From contig JAUCBJ010001322.1 of the NCBI GenBank assembly GCA_032718475.1, positions 1-41,711 of the forward strand: DNA of 41,711 bases. The letters are read 5' to 3'. This document shows, piece after piece, positions 21,801 to 36,800 of this stretch (its first letter is position 1; each line of letters starts with the position of its first letter). Both the position numbers and the translations under genes were made by a program. The notes below the pieces were generated by a model. That model saw nothing but the letters and a program-made list of their open reading frames with translations. It was not told the DNA's origin and made no database searches. This DNA comes from Nemertoderma westbladi (lineage: Eukaryota; Animalia; Xenacoelomorpha).

Positions 21801-24800
21801 TCATATGTGACAAAGAACCCACAGTAAGGAACGCAATAGTTTATCTGTGACTAAGAACCCACAGTAAGGAACGCCTTAGTTCATATGTGACAAAGAACCC
21901 ACAGTAAGGAACGCCTTAGTTCATCTGTGACTAAGAACCCACAGTAAGGAACGCTATAGTTCATCTGTGACTAAGAACCCACAGTAAGGAACGCAATAGT
22001 TCATCTGTGACTAAGAACCCACAGTAAGGAACGCCTTAGTTCATATGTGACAAAGAACCCACAGTAAGGAACGCAATAGTTTATCTGTGACTAAGAACCC
22101 ACAGTAAGGAACGCTATAGTTCATCTGTGACAAAGAACCCACAGTAAGGAACGCCTTAGTTCATATGTGACAAAGAACCCACAGTAAGGAACGCTATAGT
22201 TCATCTGTGACTAAGAACCCACAGTAAGGAACGCTATAGTTCATCTGTGACAAAGAACCCACAGTAAGGAACGCTATAGTTCATCTGTGACTAAGAACCC
22301 ACAGTAAGGAACGCTATAGTTCATCTGTGACAAAGAACCCACAGTAAGGAACGCCTTAGTTCATATGTGACAAAGAACCCACAGTAAGGAACGCAATAGT
22401 TTATCTGTGACTAAGAACCCACAGTAAGGAACGCTATAGTTCATCTGTGACAAAGAACCCACAGTAAGGAACGCTATAGTTCATCTGTGACTAAGAACCC
22501 ACAGTAAGGAACGCTATAGTTCATCTGTGACAAAGAACCCACAGTAAGGAACGCCTTAGTTCATATGTGACAAAGAACCCACAGTAAGGAACGCAATAGT
22601 TTATCTGTGACTAAGAACCCACAGTAAGGAACGCAATAGTTCATCTGCGACTAAGAACCCACAGTAAGGAACGCCATAGTTCATATGTGACAAAGAACCC
22701 ACAGTAAGGAACGCCTTAGTTCATCTGTGACTAAGAACCCACAGTAAGGAACGCCTTAGTTCATATGTGACAAAGAACCCACAGTAAGGAACGCAATAGT
22801 TTATCTGTGACTAAGAACCCACAGTAAGGAACGCCATAGTTCATATGTGACAAAGAACCCACAGTAAGGAACGCAATAGTTTATCTGTGACTAAGAACCC
22901 ACAGTAAGGAACGCCTTAGTTCATATGTGACAAAGAACCCACAGTAAGGAACGCAATAGTTTATCTGTGACTAAGAACCCACAGTAAGGAACGCCTTAGT
23001 TCATATGTGACAAAGAACCCACAGTAAGGAACGCAATAGTTTATCTGTGACTAAGAACCCACAGTAAGGAACGCCTTAGTTCATATGTGACTAAGAACCC
23101 ACAGTAAGGAACGCCATAGTTCATATGTGACAAAGAACCCACAGTAAGGAACGCAATAGTTTATCTGTGACTAAGAACCCACAGTAAGGAACGCCTTAGT
23201 TCATATGTGACTAAGAACCCACAGTAAGGAACGCCATAGTTCATATGTGACAAAGAACCCACAGTAAGGAACGCAATAGTTTATCTGTGACTAAGAACCC
23301 ACAGTAAGGAACGCAATAGTTTATCTGTGACTAAGAACCCACAGTAAGGAACGCCATAATTCATCTGTGACTAAGAACCCACAGTAAGGAACGCCATAGT
23401 TCATATGTGACAAAGAACCCACAGTAAGGAACGCAATAGTTTATCTGTGACTAAGAACCCACAGTAAGGAACGCCATAGTTCATATGTGACAAAGAACCC
23501 ACAGTAAGGAACGCCTTAGTTCATATGTGACAAAGAACCCACAGTAAGGAACGCAATAGTTTATCTGTGACTAAGAACCCACAGTAAGGAACGCCTTAGT
23601 TCATATGTGACAAAGAACCCACAGTAAGGAACGCAATAGTTTATCTGTGACTAAGAACCCACAGTAAGGAACGCAATAGTTCATCTGCGACTAAGAACCC
23701 ACAGTAAGGAACGCCATAGTTCATATGTGACAAAGAACCCACAGTAAGGAACGCCTTAGTTCATCTGTGACTAAGAACCCACAGTAAGGAACGCCTTAGT
23801 TCATATGTGACAAAGAACCCACAGTAAGGAACGCAATAGTTTATCTGTGACTAAGAACCCACAGTAAGGAACGCTATAGTTTATCTGTGACTAAGAACCC
23901 ACAGTAAGGAACGCCATAGTTCATATGTGACAAAGAACCCACAGTAAGGAACGCAATAGTTTATCTGTGACTAAGAACCCACAGTAAGGAACGCCTTAGT
24001 TCATATGTGACAAAGAACCCACAGTAAGGAACGCCTTAGTTCATCTGTGACTAAGAACCCACAGTAAGGAACGCCTTAGTTCATATGTGACAAAGAACCC
24101 ACAGTAAGGAACGCTATAGTTTATCTGTGACTAAGAACCCACAGTAAGGAACGCCATAGTTCATATGTGACAAAGAACCCACAGTAAGGAACGCAATAGT
24201 TTATCTGTGACTAAGAACCCACAGTAAGGAACGCCTTAGTTCATATGTGACAAAGAACCCACAGTAAGGAACGCCTTAGTTCATCTGTGACTAAGAACCC
24301 ACAGTAAGGAACGCCTTAGTTCATATGTGACAAAGAACCCACAGTAAGGAACGCAATAGTTTATCTGTGACTAAGAACCCACAGTAAGGAACGCCTTAGT
24401 TCATATGTGACAAAGAACCCACAGTAAGGAACGCCTTAGTTCATCTGTGACTAAGAACCCACAGTAAGGAACGCCTTAGTTCATATGTGACAAAGAACCC
24501 ACAGTAAGGAACGCAATAGTTTATCTGTGACTAAGAACCCACAGTAAGGAACGCCATAGTTCATCTGCGACTAAGAACCCACAGTAAGGAACGCCATAGT
24601 TCATATGTGACAAAGAACCCACAGTAAGGAACGCCTTAGTTCATCTGTGACTAAGAACCCACAGTAAGGAACGCCTTAGTTCATATGTGACAAAGAACCC
24701 ACAGTAAGGAACGCAATAGTTTATCTGTGACTAAGAACCCACAGTAAGGAACGCCATAGTTCATATGTGACAAAGAACCCACAGTAAGGAACGCAATAGT

Positions 24801-27800
24801 TTATCTGTGACTAAGAACCCACAGTAAGGAACGCAATAGTTTATCTGCGACTAAGAACCCACAGTAAGGAACGCCTTAGTTCATATGTGACAAAGAACCC
24901 ACAGTAAGGAACGCAATAGTTTATCTGTGACTAAGAACCCACAGTAAGGAACGCCTTAGTTCATATGTGACAAAGAACCCACAGTAAGGAACGCAATAGT
25001 TTATCTGTGACTAAGAACCCACAGTAAGGAACGCCTTAGTTCATATGTGACAAAGAACCCACAGTAAGGAACGCAATAGTTTATCTGTGACTAAGAACCC
25101 ACAGTAAGGAACGCCTTAGTTCATATGTGACTAAGAACCCACAGTAAGGAACGCCATAGTTCATATGTGACAAAGAACCCACAGTAAGGAACGCAATAGT
25201 TTATCTGTGACTAAGAACCCACAGTAAGGAACGCCTTAGTTCATATGTGACTAAGAACCCACAGTAAGGAACGCCATAGTTCATATGTGACAAAGAACCC
25301 ACAGTAAGGAACGCAATAGTTTATCTGTGACTAAGAACCCACAGTAAGGAACGCAATAGTTTATCTGTGACTAAGAACCCACAGTAAGGAACGCCTTAGT
25401 TCATATGTGACTAAGAACCCACAGTAAGGAACGCCTTAGTTCATATGTGACAAAGAACCCACAGTAAGGAACGCAATAGTTCATATGTGACAAAGAACCC
25501 ACAGTAAGGAACGCCTTAGTTCATATGTGACTAAGAACCCACAGTAAGGAACGCCTTAGTTCATATGTGACAAAGAACCCACAGTAAGGAACGCCATAGT
25601 TCATATGTGACAAAGAACCCACAGTAAGGAACGCCTTAGTTCATCTGTGACTAAGAACCCACAGTAAGGAACGCCTTAGTTCATATGTGACAAAGAACCC
25701 ACAGTAAGGAACGCAATAGTTCATATGTGACAAAGAACCCACAGTAAGGAACGCAATAGTTCATATGTGACAAAGAACCCACAGTAAGGAACGCCTTAGT
25801 TCATATGTGACAAAGAACCCACAGTAAGGAACGCCATAGTTCATATGTGACAAAGAACCCACAGTAAGGAACGCCATAGTTCATATGTGACAAAGAACCC
25901 ACAGTAAGGAACGCCATAGTTCATATGTGACAAAGAACCCACAGTAAGGAACGCCATAGTTCATATGTGACTAAGAACCCACAGTAAGGAACGCCTTAGT
26001 TCATATGTGACAAAGAACCCACAGTAAGGAACGCCTTAGTTCATATGTGACAAAGAACCCACAGTAAGGAACGCAATAGTTCATATGTGACAAAGAACCC
26101 ACAGTAAGGAACGCAATAGTTCATATGTGACAAAGAACCCACAGTAAGGAACGCCTTAGTTCATATGTGACAAAGAACCCACAGTAAGGAACGCCATAGT
26201 TCATATGTGACAAAGAACCCACAGTAAGGAACGCCATAGTTCATATGTGACTAAGAACCCACAGTAAGGAACGCCTTAGTTCATATGTGACAAAGAACCC
26301 ACAGTAAGGAACGCCTTAGTTCATATGTGACAAAGAACCCACAGTAAGGAACGCAATAGTTCATATGTGACAAAGAACCCACAGTAAGGAACGCAATAGT
26401 TCATATGTGACAAAGAACCCACAGTAAGGAACGCCTTAGTTCATATGTGACAAAGAACCCACAGTAAGGAACGCCATAGTTCATATGTGACAAAGAACCC
26501 ACAGTAAGGAACGCCATAGTTCATATGTGACAAAGAACCCACAGTAAGGAACGCCATAGTTCATATGTGACAAAGAACCCACAGTAAGGAACGCCATAGT
26601 TCATATGTGACTAAGAACCCACAGTAAGGAACGCCTTAGTTCATATGTGACAAAGAACCCACAGTAAGGAACGCCTTAGTTCATATGTGACAAAGAACCC
26701 ACAGTAAGGAACGCAATAGTTCATATGTGACAAAGAACCCACAGTAAGGAACGCCATAGTTCATATGTGACAAAGAACCCACAGTAAGGAACGCCATAGT
26801 TCATATGTGACTAAGAACCCACAGTAAGGAACGCAATAGTTCATATGTGACAAAGAACCCACAGTAAGGAACGCCATAGTTCATATGTGACAAAGAACCC
26901 ACAGTAAGGAACGCCATAGTTCATATGTGACTAAGAACCCACAGTAAGGAACGCCATAGTTCATATGTGACAAAGAACCCACAGTAAGGAACGCCATAGT
27001 TCATATGTGACAAAGAACCCACAGTAAGGAACGCAATAGTTCATATGTGACAAAGAACCCACAGTAAGGAACGCCATAGTTCATATGTGACAAAGAACCC
27101 ACAGTAAGGAACGCCACACATTAAGGAACGCCATAGTTCATATGTGACAAAGAACCCACAGTAAGGAACGCCATAGTTCATATGTGACAAAGAACCCACA
27201 GTAAGGAACGCAATAGTTCATATGTGACAAAGAACCCACAGTAAGGAACGCCATAGTTCATATGTGACAAAGAACCCACAGTAAGGAACGCCACACATTA
27301 AGGAACGCCATAGTTCATATGTGACAAAGAACCCACAGTAAGGAACGCAATAGTTTATCTGTGACTAAGAACCCACAGTAAGGAACGCTATAGTTTATCT
27401 GTGACTAAGAACCCACAGTAAGGAACGCAATAGTTCATCTGTGACTAAGAACCCACAGTAAGGAACGCTATAGTTCATCTGTGACTAAGAACCCACAGTA
27501 AGGAACGCAATAGTTCATATGTGACAAAGAACCCACAGTAAGGAACGCCATAGTTCATATGTGACTAAGAACCCACAGTAAGGAACGCAATAGTTCATAT
27601 GTGACAAAGAACCCACAGTAAGGAACGCCATAGTTCATATGTGACAAAGAACCCACAGTAAGGAACGCCATAGTTCATATGTGACTAAGAACCCACAGTA
27701 AGGAACGCCATAGTTCATATGTGACAAAGAACCCACAGTAAGGAACGCAATAGTTCATATGTGACAAAGAACCCACAGTAAGGAACGCCATAGTTCATAT

Positions 27801-30800
27801 GTGACAAAGAACCCACAGTAAGGAACGCCATAGTTCATATGTGACAAAGAACCCACAGTAAGGAACGCAATAGTTCATATGTGACAAAGAACCCACAGTA
27901 AGGAACGCAATAGTTTATCTGTGACTAAGAACCCACAGTAAGGAACGCCTTAGTTCATATGTGACTAAGAACCCACAGTAAGGAACGCCATAGTTCATAT
28001 GTGACAAAGAACCCACAGTAAGGAACGCCTTAGTTCATCTGTGACTAAGAACCCACAGTAAGGAACGCCTTAGTTCATATGTGACAAAGAACCCACAGTA
28101 AGGAACGCCTTAGTTTATCTGTGACTAAGAACCCACAGTAAGGAACGCAATAGTTCATCTGTGACTAAGAACCCACAGTAAGGAACGCCATAGTTCATCT
28201 GTGACAAAGAACCCACAGTAAGGAACGCCATAGTTCATCTGTGACAAAGAACCCACAGTAAGGAACGCCTTAGTTCATATGTGACAAAGAACCCACAGTA
28301 AGGAACGCTATAGTTCATCTGTGACTAAGAACCCACAGTAAGGAACGCCATAGTTCATCTGTGACAAAGAACCCACAGTAAGGAACGCCATAGTTCATCT
28401 GTGACAAAGAACCCACAGTAAGGAACGCCATAGTTCATCTGTGACAAAGAACCCACAGTAAGGAACGCTATAGTTCATCTGTGACTAAGAACCCACAGTA
28501 AGGAACGCAATAGTTCATCTGTGACTAAGAACCCACAGTAAGGAACGCCTTAGTTCATATGTGACAAAGAACCCACAGTAAGGAACGCCTTAGTTCATAT
28601 GTGACTAAGAACCCACAGTAAGGAACGCAATAGTTCATATGTGACTAAGAACCCACAGTAAGGAACGCCATAGTTCATCTGTGACAAAGAACCCACAGTA
28701 AGGAACGCAATAGTTCATCTGTGACAAAGAACCCACAGTAAGGAACGCCTTAGTTCATATGTGACAAAGAACCCACAGTAAGGAACGCCTTAGTTCATAT
28801 GTGACAAAGAACCCACAGTAAGGAACGCAATAGTTCATCTGTGACAAAGAACCCACAGTAAGGAACGCCATAGTTCATATGTGACTAAGAACCCACAGTA
28901 AGGAACGCCATAGTTCATCTGTGACAAAGAACCCACAGTAAGGAACGCAATAGTTCATCTGTGACAAAGAACCCACAGTAAGGAACGCCTTAGTTCATAT
29001 GTGACAAAGAACCCACAGTAAGGAACGCTATAGTTCATCTGTGACTAAGAACCCACAGTAAGGAACGCAATAGTTCATCTGTGACTAAGAACCCACAGTA
29101 AGGAACGCCATAGTTCATCTGTGACAAAGAACCCACAGTAAGGAACGCCATAGTTCATATGTGACTAAGAACCCACAGTAAGGAACGCCTTAGTTCATCT
29201 GTGACTAAGAACCCACAGTAAGGAACGCCATAGTTCATATGTGACTAAGAACCCACAGTAAGGAACGCCTTAGTTCATCTGTGACTAAGAACCCACAGTA
29301 AGGAACGCAATAGTTCATCTGTGACTAAGAACCCACTGTAAGGAACGCCTTAGTTCATCTGTGACAAAGAACCCACAGTAAGGAACGCCATAGTTCGTAT
29401 GTGACAAAGAACCCACAGTAAGGAACGCTATAGTTCATCTGTGACTAAGAACCCACAGTAAGGAACGCAATAGTTCATCTGTGACTAAGAACCCACAGTA
29501 AGGAACGCCATAGTTCATCTGTGACAAAGAACCCACAGTAAGGAACGCCATAGTTCATCTGTGACAAAGAACCCACAGTAAGGAACGCCTTAGTTCATAT
29601 GTGACAAAGAACCCACAGTAAGGAACGCTATAGTTCATCTGTGACTAAGAACCCACAGTAAGGAACGCAATAGTTCATCTGTGACTAAGAACCCACAGTA
29701 AGGAACGCCATAGTTCATCTGTGACAAAGAACCCACAGTAAGGAACGCCTTAGTTCATCTGCGACTAAGAACCCACAGTAAGGAACGCAATAGTTCATCT
29801 GTGACTAAGAACCCACAGTAAGGAACGCAATAGTTCATCTGTGACTAAGAACCCACAGTAAGGAACGCCATAGTTCATCTGTGACAAAGAACCCACAGTA
29901 AGGAACGCAATAGTTCATCTGTGACTAAGAACCCACAGTAAGGAACGCAATAGTTCATCTGCGACTAAGAACCCACAGTAAGGAACGCCATAGTTCGTAT
30001 GTGACAAAGAACCCACAGTAAGGAACGCCTTAGTTCATCTGCGACTAAGAACCCACAGTAAGGAACGCCTTAGTTCATATGTGACAAAGAACCCACAGTA
30101 AGGAACGCCTTAGTTCATCTGCGACTAAGAACCCACAGTAAGGAACGCCTTAGTTCATATGTGACAAAGAACCCACAGTAAGGAACGTCATAGTTCATCT
30201 GTGACTAAGAACCCACAGTAAGGAACGCCTTAGTTCATATGTGACAAAGAACCCACAGTAAGGAACGCCTTAGTTCATCTGCGACTAAGAACCCACAGTA
30301 AGGAACGCAATAGTTCATCTGTGACTAAGAACCCACAGTAAGGAACGCCTTAGTTCATCTGTGACTAAGAACCCACAGTAAGGAACGCAATAGTTCATCT
30401 GTGACTAAGAACCCACAGTAAGGAACGCCTTAGTTCATATGTGACAAAGAACCCACAGTAAGGAACGCCTTAGTTCATCTGTGACTAAGAACCCACAGTA
30501 AGGAACGCCTTAGTTCATATGTGACTAAGAACCCACAGTAAGGAACGCCTTAGTTCATCTGTGACTAAGAACCCACAGTAAGGAACGCCTTAGTTCATCT
30601 GTGACTAAGAACCCACAGTAAGGAACGCTATAGTTTATCTGTGACTAAGAACCCACAGTAAGGAACGCTATAGTTCATCTGTGACTAAGAACCCACAGTA
30701 AGGAACGCCTTAGTTCATCTGTGACTAAGAACCCACAGTAAGGAACGCCTTAGTTCATATGTGACTAAGAACCCACAGTAAGGAACGCCTTAGTTCATCT

Positions 30801-33800
30801 GTGACTAAGAACCCACAGTAAGGAACGCCTTAGTTCATCTGTGACTAAGAACCCACAGTAAGGAACGCTATAGTTTATCTGTGACTAAGAACCCACAGTA
30901 AGGAACGCTATAGTTCATCTGTGACTAAGAACCCACAGTAAGGAACGCCTTAGTTCATCTGTGACTAAGAACCCACAGTAAGGAACGCCTTAGTTCATAT
31001 GTGACTAAGAACCCACAGTAAGGAACGCCTTAGTTCATATGTGACTAAGAACCCACAGTAAGGAACGCCTTAGTTCATCTGTGACTAAGAACCCACAGTA
31101 AGGAACGCTATAGTTTATCTGTGACTAAGAACCCACAGTAAGGAACGCTATAGTTCATCTGTGACTAAGAACCCACAGTAAGGAACGCCTTAGTTCATAT
31201 GTGACAAAGAACCCACAGTAAGGAACGCCATAGTTCATCTGTGACTAAGAACCCACAGTAAGGAACGTCATAGTTCATCTGTGACTAAGAACCCACAGTA
31301 AGGAACGCCTTAGTTCATATGTGACAAAGAACCCACAGTAAGGAACGCCTTAGTTCATCTGTGACTAAGAACCCACAGTAAGGAACGCCATAGTTCATCT
31401 GTGACTAAGAACCCACAGTAAGGAACGCCTTAGTTCATATGTGACAAAGAACCCACAGTAAGGAACGCCTTAGTTCATCTGTGACTAAGAACCCACAGTA
31501 AGGAACGCCATAGTTCATCTGTGACTAAGAACCCACAGTAAGGAACGTCATAGTTCATCTGTGACTAAGAACCCACAGTAAGGAACGCCTTAGTTCATAT
31601 GTGACAAAGAACCCACAGTAAGGAACGCCTTAGTTCATCTGTGACTAAGAACCCACAGTAAGGAACGCCATAGTTCATCTGTGACTAAGAACCCACAGTA
31701 AGGAACGCCATAGTTCATCTGTGACTAAGAACCCACAGTAAGGAACGTCATAGTTCATCTGTGACTAAGAACCCACAGTAAGGAACGCCTTAGTTCATAT
31801 GTGACAAAGAACCCACAGTAAGGAACGCCTTAGTTCATCTGTGACTAAGAACCCACAGTAAGGAACGCCATAGTTCATCTGTGACTAAGAACCCACAGTA
31901 AGGAACGCCATAGTTCATCTGTGACTAAGAACCCACAGTAAGGAACGCCTTAGTTCATATGTGACAAAGAACCCACAGTAAGGAACGCAATAGTTTATCT
32001 GTGACTAAGAACCCACAGTAAGGAACGCCATAATTCATCTGTGACTAAGAACCCACAGTAAGGAACGCCTTAGTTCATATGTGACTAAGAACCCACAGTA
32101 AGGAACGCCTTAGTTCATATGTGACAAAGAACCCACAGTAAGGAACGTCATAGTTCATCTGTGACTAAGAACCCACAGTAAGGAACGCCATAGTTTATCT
32201 GTGACTAAGAACCCACAGTAAGGAACGCCTTAGTTCATATGTGACAAAGAACCCACAGTAAGGAACGCCACACATTAAGGAACGCCATAGTTTATCTGTG
32301 ACTAAGAACCCACAGTAAGGAACGCTATAGTTTATCTGTGACTAAGAACCCACAGTAAGGAACGCCTTAGTTCATCTGTGACTAAGAACCCACAGTAAGG
32401 AACGCCACACATTAAGGAACGCCATAGTTTATCTGTGACTAAGAACCCACAGTAAGGAACGCTATAGTTTATCTGTGACTAAGAACCCACAGTAAGGAAC
32501 GCCTTAGTTCATCTGTGACTAAGAACCCACAGTAAGGAACGCCACACATTAAGGAACGCCATAGTTTATCTGTGACTAAGAACCCACAGTAAGGAACGCC
32601 ATAGTTTATCTGTGACTAAGAACCCACAGTAAGGAACGCTATAGTTTATCTGTGACTAAGAACCCACAGTAAGGAACGCCATAGTTCATCTGTGACTAAG
32701 AACCCACAGTAAGGAACGCCACACATTAAGGAACGCCATAGTTTATCTGTGACTAAGAACCCACAGTAAGGAACGCTATAGTTTATCTGTGACTAAGAAC
32801 CCACAGTAAGGAACGCTATAGTTCATCTGTGACTAAGAACCCACAGTAAGGAACGCCTTAGTTCATCTGTGACTAAGAACCCACAGTAAGGAACGCCTTA
32901 GTTCATATGTGACAAAGAACCCACAGTAAGGAACGCCATAGTTTATCTGTGACTAAGAACCCACAGTAAGGAACGCAATAGTTTATCTGTGACTAAGAAC
33001 CCACAGTAAGGAACGCTATAGTTTATCTGTGACTAAGAACCCACAGTAAGGAACGCCACACATTAAGGAACGCCATAGTTTATCTGTGACTAAGAACCCA
33101 CAGTAAGGAACGCTATAGTTTATCTGTGACTAAGAACCCACAGTAAGGAACGCTATAGTTTATCTGTGACTAAGAACCCACAGTAAGGAACGCCTTAGTT
33201 CATCTGTGACTAAGAACCCACAGTAAGGAACGCCTTAGTTCATCTGTGACTAAGAACCCACAGTAAGGAACGCCATAGTTCATCTGTGACTAAGAACCCA
33301 CAGTAAGGAACGCAATAGTTTATCTGTGACTAAGAACCCACAGTAAGGAACGCCTTAGTTCATCTGTGACTAAGAACCCACAGTAAGGAACGCCTTAGTT
33401 CATCTGTGACAAAGAACCCACAGTAAGGAACGCCTTAGTTCATATGTGACAAAGAACCCACAGTAAGGAACGCCACACATTAAGGAACGCCATAGTTTAT
33501 CTGTGACTAAGAACCCACATTAAGGAACGCCATATTTTATCTGTGACTAAGAACCCACAGTAAGGAACGCCTTAGTTCATATGTGACAAAGAACCCACAG
33601 TAAGGAACGCCTTAGTTCATATGTGACAAAGAACCCACAGTAAGGAACGCCACACATTAAGGAACGCCATAGTTTATCTGTGACTAAGAACCCACAGTAA
33701 GGAACGCTATAGTTTATCTGTGACTAAGAACCCACAGTAAGGAACGCCATAGTTTATCTGTGACTAAGAACCCACATTAAGGAACGCCATATTTTATCTG

Positions 33801-36800
33801 TGACTAAGAACCCACAGTAAGGAACGCCTTAGTTCATATGTGACAAAGAACCCACAGTAAGGAACGCCTTAGTTCATATGTGACAAAGAACCCACAGTAA
33901 GGAACGCCACACATTAAGGAACGCCATAGTTTATCTGTGACTAAGAACCCACAGTAAGGAACGCTATAGTTTATCTGTGACTAAGAACCCACAGTAAGGA
34001 ACGCCATAATTCATCTGTGACTAAGAACCCACAGTAAGGAACGCCATAGTTTATCTGTGACAAAGAACCCACAGTAAGGAACGCCATAATTCATCTGTGA
34101 CTAAGAACCCACAGTAAGGAACGCCTTAGTTCATATGTGACAAAGAACCCACAGTAAGGAACGCCTTAGTTCATATGTGACAAAGAACCCACAGTAAGGA
34201 ACGCCACACATTAAGGAACGCCATAGTTTATCTGTGACTAAGAACCCACAGTAAGGAACGCTATAGTTTATCTGTGACTAAGAACCCACAGTAAGGAACG
34301 CCATAATTCATCTGTGACTAAGAACCCACAGTAAGGAACGCCATAGTTTATCTGTGACAAAGAACCCACAGTAAGGAACGCCATAATTCATCTGTGACTA
34401 AGAACCCACAGTAAGGAACGCCTTAGTTCATATGTGACAAAGAACCCACAGTAAGGAACGCCTTAGTTCATATGTGACAAAGAACCCACAGTAAGGAACG
34501 CCATAGTTCATCTGTGACTAAGAACCCACAGTAAGGAACGCCACACATTAAGGAACGCCATAGTTTATCTGTGACTAAGAACCCACAGTAAGGAACGCTA
34601 TAGTTTATCTGTGACTAAGAACCCACAGTAAGGAACGCCATAGTTTATCTGTGACTAAGAACCCACATTAAGGAACGCCATATTTTATCTTCGACTAAGA
34701 ACCCACAGTAAGGAACGCCATAGTTTATCTGTGACTAAGAACCCACAGTAAGGAACGCCATAGTTTATCTGTGACTAAGAACCCACATTAAGGAACGCCA
34801 TATTTTATCTTCGACTAAGAACCCACAGTAAGGAACGCCTTAGTTCATATGTGACAAAGAACCCACAGTAAGGAACGCCACACATTAAGGAACGCCATAG
34901 TTTATCTGTGACTAAGAACCCACAGTAAGGAACGCTATAGTTTATCTGTGACTAAGAACCCACAGTAAGGAACGCCATAGTTTATCTGTGACTAAGAACC
35001 CACATTAAGGAACGCCATATTTTATCTTCGACTAAGAACCCACAGTAAGGAACGCCATAGTTTATCTGTGACTAAGAACCCACAGTAAGGAACGCCATAG
35101 TTTATCTGTGACTAAGAACCCACATTAAGGAACGCCATATTTTATCTGTGACTAAGAACCCACAGTAAGGAACGCAATAGTTTATCTGTGACTAAGAACC
35201 CACAGTAAGGAACGCTATAGTTTATCTGTGACTAAGAACCCACAGTAAGGAACGCCACACATTAAGGAACGCCATAGTTTATCTGTGACTAAGAACCCAC
35301 AGTAAGGAACGCTATAGTTTATCTGTGACTAAGAACCCACAGTAAGGAACGCTATAGTTTATCTGTGACAAAGAACCCACAGTAAGGAACGCCTTAGTTC
35401 ATATGTGACAAAGAACCCACAGTAAGGAACGCCACACATTAAGGAACGCCATAGTTTATCTGTGACTAAGAACCCACATTAAGGAACGCCATATTTTATC
35501 TGTGACTAAGAACCCACAGTAAGGAACGCCTTAGTTCATATGTGACAAAGAACCCACAGTAAGGAACGCCACACATTAAGGAACGCCATAGTTTATCTGT
35601 GACTAAGAACCCACATTAAGGAACGCCATATTTTATCTGTGACTAAGAACCCACAGTAAGGAACGCAATAGTTTATCTGTGACTAAGAACCCACAGTAAG
35701 GAACGCTATAGTTTATCTGTGACTAAGAACCCACAGTAAGGAACGCCACACATTAAGGAACGCCATAGTTTATCTGTGACTAAGAACCCACAGTAAGGAA
35801 CGCTATAGTTTATCTGTGACTAAGAACCCACAGTAAGGAACGCTATAGTTTATCTGTGACTAAGAACCCACAGTAAGGAACGCCTTAGTTCATCTGTGAC
35901 TAAGAACCCACAGTAAGGAACGCCTTAGTTCATCTGTGACTAAGAACCCACAGTAAGGAACGCCATAGTTCATCTGTGACTAAGAACCCACAGTAAGGAA
36001 CGCAATAGTTTATCTGTGACTAAGAACCCACAGTAAGGAACGCCTTAGTTCATCTGTGACTAAGAACCCACAGTAAGGAACGCCTTAGTTCATCTGTGAC
36101 AAAGAACCCACAGTAAGGAACGCCTTAGTTCATATGTGACAAAGAACCCACAGTAAGGAACGCCACACATTAAGGAACGCCATAGTTTATCTGTGACTAA
36201 GAACCCACATTAAGGAACGCCATATTTTATCTGTGACTAAGAACCCACAGTAAGGAACGCCTTAGTTCATATGTGACAAAGAACCCACAGTAAGGAACGC
36301 CACACATTAAGGAACGCCATAGTTTATCTGTGACTAAGAACCCACAGTAAGGAACGCTATAGTTTATCTGTGACTAAGAACCCACAGTAAGGAACGCCAC
36401 ACATTAAGGAACGCCATAGTTTATCTGTGACTAAGAACCCACAGTAAGGAACGCTATAGTTTATCTGTGACTAAGAACCCACAGTAAGGAACGCTATAGT
36501 TTATCTGTGACTAAGAACCCACAGTAAGGAACGCCTTAGTTCATCTGTGACTAAGAACCCACAGTAAGGAACGCCTTAGTTCATATGTGACAAAGAACCC
36601 ACAGTAAGGAACGTCATAGTTCATCTGTGACTAAGAACCCACAGTAAGGAACGCCTTAGTTCATCTGTGACTAAGAACCCACAGTAAGGAACGCCATAGT
36701 TCATCTGTGACAAAGAACCCACAGTAAGGAACGCCATAGTTCATCTGTGACTAAGAACCCACAGTAAGGAACGCCACACATTAAGGAACGCCATAGTTTA

